Shown piece after piece: positions 56,760-64,000 of a DNA stretch of 64,000 bases. Both the position numbers and the translations under genes were made by a program. Location: positions 39,273 through 103,272 of the IMG/VR virus record IMGVR_UViG_3300032272_000001; one strand, written 5' to 3'. The first letter of the stretch is position 1. Each line of letters starts with the position of its first letter. The notes beneath the pieces were generated by a model, which made no database searches, had not been told where the DNA came from, and saw only the letters and a list, made by a program, of their open reading frames with translations. This DNA is from a virus (lineage: Duplodnaviria; Heunggongvirae; Uroviricota; Caudoviricetes).

Positions 56760-58040
56760 ATGTCTGTTATAATTGATCGGCGAAAAAACGCCCGCGCGAA
56801 AACACTTAGAAATCGATCTCGCTTTATTGATCTGCACAGAAAACAGATCAAAGATGGTGTAAAGGATATTTTGAAAGATGCTAACATCACTGATGTGGGC
56901 ACAAAAAAACAAATTAAAGTAAAACCTTTGTCTAAACCATCTTTTAGACATCAAAGAGGTTCTGGTGATGAGAAATATGTTCTTCCTGGAAATGAAGAAT
57001 ATGTGAAGGGTGATAAGCGACGAAAGAAACCACCAGGCGGTGATGAAAAAGGATATTCTGGAGAAGGTGAAGATGATTTCACTTTTGATTTGACAGAAGA
57101 AGAATTCATGGATTTTGTGTTTGAGTATCTGGAATTGCCAGATATGGTTAAAAAAACCATGCGTGATGTAAAACAATATGATATGCAACGCGCTGGCTTT
57201 AAAATCACTGGAACTCCGAACCAAATGGATTATAAACGATCCATGATTAATTCTATTGGCAGAAGGCTTGCACTAAAACGGCCAAAACAAGAAGATATCG
57301 ATAAGATTGAAGAAGCTATCGAAAATTGTACTGATAAAAATGAAATTATTAGGCTCGAAGAAGTATTGAAAGCTATGCGGAAACGGAAGGGTTCTATTCC
57401 ATTTATAGATCCTTTTGATATTAAGTATCGCAATTTCGAAAAGCATCCTCGACCACGAACAAAAGCAGTTATGATGTGTTTGATGGATGTGTCTTTTTCT
57501 ATGTCAAAACAAGATAAGATGATTGCAAAATCATTTTTTATGTTGTTGAGAATATTTTTGAAAAAGAAATACGATGCTGTTGATATTCGTTTTATTAGTC
57601 ATCACGAAACAGCAAAAGAAGTTGATGAGCATGAATTCTTTTATAGTCAAGAATCTGGCGGAACGTGCGTATCTAGTGCATATGAAGAAGCAAATAAAAT
57701 AATCAAAGATGATTATAATTTGAATGATTGGAATGTTTATGTTGCTCAAGCTTCTGATGGAGACAATGCACCATCAGATTATGCGCACATGACAGATGAA
57801 TTAATTAAATTGCTTGACGTGAGTCAGTATTTCGCTTATATTCAAACTGTTTCGAGCGATAATATGAATAATTTGTATTATGGTTATATGCCATCAGATA
57901 CTGGTGTATGGAAACATCTAGAAGATATGCGAACCACAGAACCGAAAATCAACATGAAACAAGCTAGTAATATACAGGATGTTTGGACTGTATTTACAGA
58001 ATTGTTTAAGAAAGGCAAAAATCGTGACACTCTTGTTTGA
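56760..58040 (+). CDS. yeaH: YeaH/YhbH (UPF0229) vWA-domain protein
   Basis: IIDRR, PGNEEY..GD, EEEFMDFVFE.LELP, CLMDVSFSM, ESGGT.VSSA, YVAQASDGDN. Confidence 0.93.
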   Translation: MSVIIDRRKNARAKTLRNRSRFIDLHRKQIKDGVKDILKDANITDVGTKKQIKVKPLSKPSFRHQRGSGDEKYVLPGNEEYVKGDKRRKKPPGGDEKGYSGEGEDDFTFDLTEEEFMDFVFEYLELPDMVKKTMRDVKQYDMQRAGFKITGTPNQMDYKRSMINSIGRRLALKRPKQEDIDKIEEAIENCTDKNEIIRLEEVLKAMRKRKGSIPFIDPFDIKYRNFEKHPRPRTKAVMMCLMDVSFSMSKQDKMIAKSFFMLLRIFLKKKYDAVDIRFISHHETAKEVDEHEFFYSQESGGTCVSSAYEEANKIIKDDYNLNDWNVYVAQASDGDNAPSDYAHMTDELIKLLDVSQYFAYIQTVSSDNMNNLYYGYMPSDTGVWKHLEDMRTTEPKINMKQASNIQDVWTVFTELFKKGKNRDTLV

Positions 58041-59475
58041 AGATAACAATTGGACACTTGATAAACTTCGTATTGCAGAAGAAGAATGTGCAGAAATTGC
58101 ACTTAAAGAATTGAAATTAGATATCTATCGAAATCAAATCGAAGTTATCAATTCTGATCAAATGTTAGAGGCATATACAAGTGTTGGTATGCCTATTATG
58201 TATGATCATTGGTCTTTTGGTGAACAATATATCAATGAAGAAAAACAATATAGGGAAGGTAAACGTGGTCTTGCCTATGAGATTGTAATGAACACAGATC
58301 CATGCATTTCATTGCTTATGGAAGAAAATTCTATGGCTATGCAGTTACTGGTGATTGCCCACGCGGCCATGGGACACAATCATTTCTTCAAGAACAACTA
58401 TTTGTTCAAAGAATGGACTGATGCAGAAGGTATTGTTGATTATCTTCTGTTTGCTAAAAACTATATCCAAAAACAAGAAGAAATTCATGGTCCTGAAAAT
58501 GTTCGTGAATTGCTAGATGCTCTTCACGCTATTCAAACATATGGTGTGGATCGTTATAAACGACCACCACAACTTAATAAAAAACAAGAAAAGGAAAAAC
58601 AAAAAGAACGATCTGCTTATGTTCAATCACAAGCAAATATTTTGTGGTCAACAATGCCTAATAATACAATTGGTGGCGATTCGATAGATACTTCAAAAAA
58701 AGTACCTAGTGAACCACAAGAAAATCTTTTGTATTTTCTTGAAAAACATTCTCCTATTCTAGAAGAATGGCAACGAGAAATTATTAGAATTGTGAGAAAG
58801 ATTGCGCAATATTTTCATCCTCAACGCCAAACTAAATTGATGAATGAAGGATTTGCGACATCTGTTCATTGGTATATTTTGAATCGTCTTTGGGAACAAG
58901 GAAAAATATCTAATGGATATATGCTAGAAATCATCCATTCTCATGCTGGTGTATTGACACAAAGAAAATTTAATGAACAAGGGTTTTCTGGTTACAATCC
59001 ATATGCTCTAGGATTTTCAATGTTTAAAGATATCAAAGAAAAGGCTGGTGGTGAATGGGTTGATGTGTGGTTGGATGCTGTTGAAAATTATAAGGACGAT
59101 AGCTTCATCAGACAGTTTCTGTCCGAAGAAGTAGTAAAAGAATATAAAATGATGGAAATTTCTAATAAAGAAAAAGATTCTTATATTGAAGTTTCTGGTA
59201 TTCAGAACAAAACAGACTTTGATTCTATCCGTGAAAGTTTGGCTGACAATTATTCTCTTGCGGTGATGCAACCAAATATTGAAATCATTAATGCCAACAT
59301 TACTGGAAATCGATATTTGGAGATGAATCATACATCATATAATGGTTCTAAACTGGATAAAAAAACCATGATCAATACTCTTGCATATATGCATAAACTA
59401 TGGGGATATCCTACAACTATGCAAACTACATATCCAGATGGATCTAAAGTGGTTGATCATATCCATGACATATAA
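58024..59475 (+). CDS. spoVR: SpoVR/YcgB-family protein
   Basis: GMPIMYDHWSFG, GLAYEIVMN.DPC, AHAAMGHNHFFKNN, TKLMNEGFAT. Confidence 0.93.
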   Translation: MTLLFEDNNWTLDKLRIAEEECAEIALKELKLDIYRNQIEVINSDQMLEAYTSVGMPIMYDHWSFGEQYINEEKQYREGKRGLAYEIVMNTDPCISLLMEENSMAMQLLVIAHAAMGHNHFFKNNYLFKEWTDAEGIVDYLLFAKNYIQKQEEIHGPENVRELLDALHAIQTYGVDRYKRPPQLNKKQEKEKQKERSAYVQSQANILWSTMPNNTIGGDSIDTSKKVPSEPQENLLYFLEKHSPILEEWQREIIRIVRKIAQYFHPQRQTKLMNEGFATSVHWYILNRLWEQGKISNGYMLEIIHSHAGVLTQRKFNEQGFSGYNPYALGFSMFKDIKEKAGGEWVDVWLDAVENYKDDSFIRQFLSEEVVKEYKMMEISNKEKDSYIEVSGIQNKTDFDSIRESLADNYSLAVMQPNIEIINANITGNRYLEMNHTSYNGSKLDKKTMINTLAYMHKLWGYPTTMQTTYPDGSKVVDHIHDI

Positions 59476-59494
59476 TAATAATCAAAAAGGACAT

Positions 59495-59656
59495 GAAATG
59501 GTTTTGTTTGATAATTTACCAAGCCATTTCAGAAAAGAAATTAATTATTCTTCATATAGAGAAAATCCTATAGATTATGTTTATAAATATATTAATAGTG
59601 CAAAAGAAAATGATTTGCTTGCACAAAAACTACAGAAATTACTAAACTCTATATAA
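59495..59656 (+). CDS. Small hypothetical protein
   Basis: MVLFDNLP start after SD AAGGA. Confidence 0.4.
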   Translation, partial: EMVLFDNLPSHFRKEINYSSYRENPIDYVYKYINSAKENDLLAQKLQKLLNSI

Positions 59657-59666
59657 GGAAACTAAC

Positions 59667-59780
59667 ATGAAGAAAATTAAAGAAATTTTGGTAGATGTGA
59701 AAACATGGGTTTTTGCTACTGTTACCACATTGATTGCTGCTTTTAGTGGGTGGCTTGATGTCATTAAAGATCTTTTTTAA
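59667..59780 (+). CDS. 37-aa single-TM peptide
   Basis: SD AAGGA; MKKIKEILVDVKTWVFATVTTLIAAFSGWLDVIKDLF. Confidence 0.5.
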   Translation: MKKIKEILVDVKTWVFATVTTLIAAFSGWLDVIKDLF

Positions 59781-59809
59781 TTGACAACGAATCCGATATA
59801 GGCTACATT
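59781..59809 (+). promoter_or_regulatory. Sigma70-type promoter
   Basis: TTGACA-17-TACATT upstream of tRNA-Asn-like RNA. Confidence 0.6.
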
Positions 59810-59863
59810 GCCTATATTGATACCAAATAGCTCAGTTGGTTGTTTGTTTTGTAACTATTGTGC

Positions 59864-59937
59864 TGTGGATAGCCGAACATGGTGGACGGGCTTGTCTGTT
59901 AAACAAGATACGGTAGGTTCGATTCCTACATCCACAG
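59864..59937 (+). tRNA. Atypical tRNA-Asn(GUU), no encoded CCA
   Basis: CTTGT-CTGTTAA-ACAAG anticodon arm; GTAGG-TTCGATT-CCTAC; acceptor extended into a 21-bp helix. Confidence 0.7.
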
Positions 59938-59983
59938 CACAATAGTTACATTTATATTAACATGAACATAGAGGAATTTTATT

Positions 59984-60190
59984 ATGAGAGATAGTGGAGT
60001 AGTCATCGCAGTTAATCTTTTTTTCTTGAGTTGTTTTGCAGCGTGGCTTACGCATGTTGTGTGGATTATTAGTATGCTTCTTTTACCAACAATTCCAACT
60101 GGACATATTGTTATTGGTGTTCTTGGAGCGTTTATGCCTCCGATTGGTGTTATTCATGGATTCATGATTTGGTTTGGCATCGGCTGGTAA
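59984..60190 (+). CDS. Two-TM small membrane protein
   Basis: AWLTHVVW..GVLGAFMPPIGVIHG. Confidence 0.65.
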   Translation: MRDSGVVIAVNLFFLSCFAAWLTHVVWIISMLLLPTIPTGHIVIGVLGAFMPPIGVIHGFMIWFGIGW

Positions 60191-60219
60191 AAAAAATTTA
60201 ACACAAAGGATATTTTATT

Positions 60220-60654
60220 ATGGCGGACAACACAGAGGTTGCCTCAGAAACAGCAATCAAAATATTAGATCGTATGATGTCAACAGCAGACCAAACAATA
60301 AACAAATATGGTCCTGATGTTATGGCAGCAACATTAGATTTAATTCGATATGAAAATATTTTCATATCGTTCTCACAAATTCTTGGATTCGGTATTCTTG
60401 TTTGGATTGGATTATATACAAAAAGAATTTCTGAAAAAGAGTATGAAAAAGAATGCGAGGGTCGTGATGTTCGTTATTATTCAGTAGGCCCAACAATTGG
60501 GATTTGTCTACCAGCAGCAATATCGTTTTTTTCAGCATTAGTTGCTTTTATTGTATCAACAATATTTTTTACTAATTTATATTTGACTATGTTGGCGATT
60601 TATGATCCAAAGCTATATCTTCTTCGTAAAGTCATATATAAGGTGATCGAATAA
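60220..60654 (+). CDS. Two-TM membrane protein
   Basis: ORF track, hydrophobic segments. Confidence 0.6.
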   Translation: MADNTEVASETAIKILDRMMSTADQTINKYGPDVMAATLDLIRYENIFISFSQILGFGILVWIGLYTKRISEKEYEKECEGRDVRYYSVGPTIGICLPAAISFFSALVAFIVSTIFFTNLYLTMLAIYDPKLYLLRKVIYKVIE

Positions 60655-60803
60655 TGAGATGGAATGTTGAATTACGAGGAAAAATAACAAGAGATGTGAT
60701 TTGGCGTGAAATAAAAGCACCAACTATAGATGAAGCTCGTAAAATTGCACTATGGAAATATGGTGCTGTTCATGAAATAAAAAATATTTCACAAAAGGGT
60801 TGA
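60654..60803 (+). CDS. Small hypothetical protein (49 aa)
   Basis: Read manually: MRWNVELRGK... Confidence 0.4.
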   Translation: MRWNVELRGKITRDVIWREIKAPTIDEARKIALWKYGAVHEIKNISQKG

Positions 60804-60822
60804 TATGATGTATAATGATGAT

Positions 60823-60975
60823 ATGTTTTACATGACAATAATCATTGTTGCTTTTTTTGTAATGATGAGTATTAGTGTATTTGGTAATAATTTACAAGAA
60901 AAATGTATTGAAGTTCGTGGCGATTGGAATCAATCAACAAAAAGCTGCACTTTCCCTAATAAGACAAAACAATAG
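60823..60975 (+). CDS. Small membrane-anchored protein with Cys pair (50 aa)
   Basis: Read manually: TM then CIEVRGDWNQSTKSC. Confidence 0.5.
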   Translation: MFYMTIIIVAFFVMMSISVFGNNLQEKCIEVRGDWNQSTKSCTFPNKTKQ

Positions 60976-60982
60976 GTTTGTT

Positions 60983-61183
60983 ATGCTAAAATTTTATTCT
61001 GATTTTTTGCCTCTAATATGGTTTTTTATATTTGGCTTGGTTTTTGTTGTTGCTGGAATGTTTGCACCAACACAGAATTATAAAGAAAAGGGGATATATG
61101 AACAGGAATGTATTGACATGAAAGGTAGAGTACATTATAATCATATAATGCGCTTTGATGGATGTACAATTCAAGGAAAATAA
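60983..61183 (+). CDS. Small membrane-anchored protein with Cys pair
   Basis: TM then CIDMKG...DGC. Confidence 0.55.
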   Translation: MLKFYSDFLPLIWFFIFGLVFVVAGMFAPTQNYKEKGIYEQECIDMKGRVHYNHIMRFDGCTIQGK

Positions 61184-61283
61184 ATTAAATATTCTGTGAA
61201 TCCCCGTTAATACGATATAGGCTAACGCGGACACCTATATTTTATTTTCTCACAGAATATTTATATTTTTATTTAGGAAAATA

Positions 61284-61472
61284 ATGATGATAAAAAAATT
61301 TATTGTTTGTATTATTTCTCTTTCTATGGTATCATGTACCGCTATTGTGAAAATACATAGAATTGATAAAGTCCAACAATGTAAAGATTTTGGTGGAAAA
61401 CTCACTAAAGATAAAAAGTTTTGTGTAATCGATATGTATTTTACAAGAATTCCAGTTGATGGAGGTTATTAA
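61284..61472 (+). CDS. Small secreted/lipoprotein-like protein with Cys pair
   Basis: Signal-like ..SMVSC; CKDFGG...FC. Confidence 0.55.
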   Translation: MMIKKFIVCIISLSMVSCTAIVKIHRIDKVQQCKDFGGKLTKDKKFCVIDMYFTRIPVDGGY

Positions 61473-61547
61473 GAAATTTCATTTTTGGCGCATTCGCGCT
61501 AAATATTAATAGTACATGACTAGCGCAGAGTGCTAGTGATAGAAATA

Positions 61548-61645
61548 CCAATCTGGTAGGATGGACCCCTATTGAATCGTTGTGCGCTCAGGATTACCGA
61601 CATTGTCCCCCGCATCGGTAAGTGAGAGTAGGGCTACCAGATTGG
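61548..61645 (+). ncRNA. Unidentified long irregular hairpin RNA
   Basis: CCAATCTGGTAG/CTACCAGATTGG, CCCTA/TAGGG, CTCA/TGAG, TTACCGA/TCGGTAA nested stems. Confidence 0.5.
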
Positions 61646-61851
61646 AAAGATGTCTTGCATCATGGTAGTTCTTGATGCAAGACATTGAATTGCTTGAATG
61701 ATGTACACCAAAAGAATATGGCAAATGGATAGTGTTTAGCTATCGCCTACCAAACAAGGAATAAACCAGAACGTTGATGTTCAAATGTGTTTGGGTTCTT
61801 TTGATGTAGATTATGTTTTTTTTTATTATTGACATATGAGATTGTATCTTG

Positions 61852-61859
61852 TATAAATA
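61852..61859 (+). promoter_or_regulatory. T4-type late promoter TATAAATA driving tmRNA
   Basis: Exact consensus immediately upstream of the tmRNA acceptor piece. Confidence 0.7.
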
Positions 61860-61864
61860 ACTAA

Positions 61865-62205
61865 TCGTTGATGACGCATCACGAAGCTTGGCTGGACGTG
61901 GGGGCAGTACCCACCAGCTCCACCATAAGAACATTGACTGACGGCGGCGCAACATGGTCCGAATGTCAGTGCCCGACTATATGCCATTCGGAATAGAGCA
62001 TATACAGTCAATGTTCTTTTGATGGGGCTGAAATAGGTTCGACAGTGGGTGTAGGAAATGTAGAGATGATGGGATGGCCGCCTTATAGACTAGTTAGCCA
62101 CTTAATGGCTGTTTAAATGCAAACGATAATAGCATTGAGAACTTCGCCCTAGCTGCGTAGCTTCTCTGAGGCTGCTAGGGAGCCTTATCACCCAATCCCT
62201 AGCAC
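61865..62205 (+). ncRNA. ssrA: Circularly permuted two-piece tmRNA (alphaproteobacterial type); outer ends approximate
   Basis: Acceptor piece first: T arm GTGGG-GGCAGTA-CCCAC, CAGCTCC-ACCA ending 61925. Coding piece starts GGGGCTG at 62024 (G3.U70). Tag ANDNSIENFALAA* at 62119-62160. Confidence 0.93.
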
Positions 62206-62211
62206 TAATTA

Positions 62212-62238
62212 ATAAAACGAGTTAATAACTCGTTTTAT
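62212..62238 (+). terminator. Palindromic hairpin downstream of tmRNA, likely bidirectional terminator
   Basis: ATAAAACGAGTTA-A-TAACTCGTTTTAT. Confidence 0.55.
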
Positions 62239-62310
62239 CCAACTACCGGCTATTATTGGCCAAAATTCCGAGAGGGTTGGGAATAAAATCTCATTGTCTA
62301 AATTAGTTAG

Positions 62311-62339
62311 TTGACAAAACCCTCTTCATGTGTTAGTAT
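62311..62339 (+). promoter_or_regulatory. Sigma70-type promoter with extended -10
   Basis: TTGACA-17-TAGTAT, TG extension. Confidence 0.65.
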
Positions 62340-62369
62340 ATCTACACAATCAATGAGGAGGGTTTTTTA

Positions 62370-62585
62370 ATGTCTATAATTCCAGACCAGAATTTCACTA
62401 ATAGAGAAAAGGTTAAATTTGCTGATGTTAATAATGCTGATGAACTGTATATTGGTGAAATAGTTGGAAAGATTACTAAAAATGTAATCTGTCTTTATCT
62501 CGTGGAATGTGAAGAATACGCAAAGAAACATAAATCTGAATATCATGTTTTTGCAATGCCACATACATGCTTAGAAAGAATTTAA
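62370..62585 (+). CDS. Hypothetical protein
   Basis: SD GAGGAGG. Confidence 0.6.
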   Translation: MSIIPDQNFTNREKVKFADVNNADELYIGEIVGKITKNVICLYLVECEEYAKKHKSEYHVFAMPHTCLERI

Positions 62586-62608
62586 ATAGAGGAAACTTAA
62601 TAGATTAT

Positions 62609-62679
62609 ATCGGCGTAGTTCAACGGTAGAACGACTGTTTCCAAACCAGTAGATCGGGGTTCGATTCCTCGCGCCTTTG
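62609..62679 (+). pseudogene. Degenerate tRNA, anticodon CCA (Trp)
   Basis: D and T arms intact; acceptor has two mismatches and no CCA. Confidence 0.55.
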
Positions 62680-62705
62680 TCCTTGAAATCACCGATGATT
62701 AATAT

Positions 62706-62780
62706 GCCACATTAGTATAACGACTATTACATCGCTTTTGTAATGCGAAAATTGGGGTTTAATTCCTCAATGTGGCTCCA
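62706..62780 (+). tRNA. tRNA-Thr(UGU) with atypical T loop
   Basis: GCCACAT/ATGTGGC-T-CCA; TCGC(T)-TTTGTAA-(T)GCGA; T loop TTTAATT. Confidence 0.7.
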
Positions 62781-62796
62781 GTATAAGGAATATGCC

Positions 62797-62967
62797 ATGA
62801 AAAGAATAAAATTAATTTGTGGTGATGAATTTGATGTATTGACAAAAGCTAGAAAAGTTTACAAATATACGCAAAAATCTGGTGTTTGTAAAAAAGTAAA
62901 AAGACGCTATAATCGTAGATTTAGACAAATAGCAAAACAGGAGTATGAAAATGAATGGTCTGTTTGA
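62797..62967 (+). CDS. Small basic hypothetical protein
   Basis: MKRIKLICGDEFD..KKVKRRYNRRFR after SD AAGGA. Confidence 0.6.
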   Translation: MKRIKLICGDEFDVLTKARKVYKYTQKSGVCKKVKRRYNRRFRQIAKQEYENEWSV

Positions 62968-63115
62968 TTTTCTGAATAGGTTTTTAGCAATTTCTGCATT
63001 TATTATTCTTACTGTTGTTATTGTTTCTGGAATGTATTTTTTTGGATATTTTAGTTGACAAGATAACCTAATAAGTATATAACTTAATAACAATAAAAAA
63101 ATATGGAGAAATATT

Positions 63116-63589
63116 ATGTCAATGCAACAACTATTTGAAGATGCTATTGTTCCTGTTATTGAACAAGGTGGTGGTTCTTATGATTTTGATCACTTATCAT
63201 GTCTTTATCGTGGTCCTAATGGAAGAAAATGCGCGATTGGTCATTTGATTCCAGACGAACTATATAATAAAAGAATGGAAAATAAAAGTATATGTAATTT
63301 GTTACATACTAATTTGGATGGTATTGAAGAAATAATTCTGCCCTTATGGCGCAAAAAATATGATTTGGAAATTGATCATAATGAATTTGCAGATACATTG
63401 GACCATATTCAAAGACTTCATGACAAAGTGTGTCATGAATATTATTCTCATACTGACAAATGTAATGATGAACAATGGATTGAAGCATTCAAAGAAAGGG
63501 TGATTCAATTTTGTAAGGATGAAGGTTTAGATTTTTCATTCTTGAATGAAAAAGAAGATGTTCTATCGACAGTTGTTTCTAAACTATAA
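63116..63589 (+). CDS. Hypothetical phage protein
   Basis: CLYRGPNGRKCAIGHLIPD; SD GGAG. Confidence 0.65.
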   Translation: MSMQQLFEDAIVPVIEQGGGSYDFDHLSCLYRGPNGRKCAIGHLIPDELYNKRMENKSICNLLHTNLDGIEEIILPLWRKKYDLEIDHNEFADTLDHIQRLHDKVCHEYYSHTDKCNDEQWIEAFKERVIQFCKDEGLDFSFLNEKEDVLSTVVSKL

Positions 63590-63612
63590 TTTTAATATGG
63601 AAGGTTGATGTT

Positions 63613-63999
63613 ATGCTTAAAACACCAGTAAAAATTAGAATTAAATCTCTTGCTGCTGAAGCTAAACAAGTAAAAAAAGAAGAACACAAAAAACTTGAAA
63701 GAGCAAGATATTATAGGAATCTTGGTTCTGATAACGCCAAATCTGGTGTTAGTATGTCAATTCATGAGTATGAGCAGCTACGAAGGCACAGAAAAGAAGT
63801 TCTTGCAAAAGAAGCAAGAACTATGTTGATCGCCTATGGTTTTTTGAATGGTAAAGATTATGCAGAAATCGAGCAACCATATGCAGACAAACCAGTTGAT
63901 CTCCAAAATGTAACTGATATTGTATATTATTGTGGAGATTTTGAAGATACTCCAAGACATGTTGTTGAAGACAATGTATATGCTTGGATTGATGATTAA
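63613..63999 (+). CDS. Hypothetical phage protein
   Basis: RIKSLAAEA...EAR..LIAYGFL.GK.Y.EIE. Confidence 0.6.
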   Translation: MLKTPVKIRIKSLAAEAKQVKKEEHKKLERARYYRNLGSDNAKSGVSMSIHEYEQLRRHRKEVLAKEARTMLIAYGFLNGKDYAEIEQPYADKPVDLQNVTDIVYYCGDFEDTPRHVVEDNVYAWIDD

Positions 64000-64000
64000 G

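Noticed and set aside
771-63960. Numerous minus-strand and alternate-frame ORFs in the track (e.g. 771-1154, 20428-20979, 56700-57224)
   Set aside because: They overlap well-supported + strand genes, lack SD sites or motifs and have shadow-ORF composition; only 52426-53781 is credible on the minus strand.
1-64000. Stop-codon reassignment
   Set aside because: Core genes are full length in the standard code and TAG, TGA and TAA all terminate genes; no suppressor tRNA is seen.

Overview
AT-rich 64 kb segment of a large T4-like myovirus genome. Nearly all genes lie on the + strand. The host is probably an alphaproteobacterium, inferred from the alpha-type permuted tmRNA. 1-19 kb and 24-49 kb hold the replication and nucleotide core: gp45, gp44, gp62, RegA, gp43, UvsX, gp41, gp61, ThyX, RNR, RNase H, PhoH and a CobT/CobS-like pair. 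Accessory enzymes are interspersed: macrodomain, intein-containing glycosyltransferase-like protein, HAD phosphatases, RNA ligase, two PRTases, SpeD, and a helicase/nuclease/MTase-like trio. A late-promoter (TATAAATA) island sits at 19-23 kb. 50-64 kb is an RNA-rich accessory region. It contains a tRNA-Leu split by a cassette carrying a replacement tRNA-Leu plus an HNH endonuclease, a reverse-strand two-domain lysin, and a complete PrkA(YeaG)-YeaH-SpoVR(YcgB) operon. It also contains atypical tRNAs, several unexplained structured RNAs and a late-promoter-driven two-piece tmRNA. All calls come from motif reading by eye; no searches were run.
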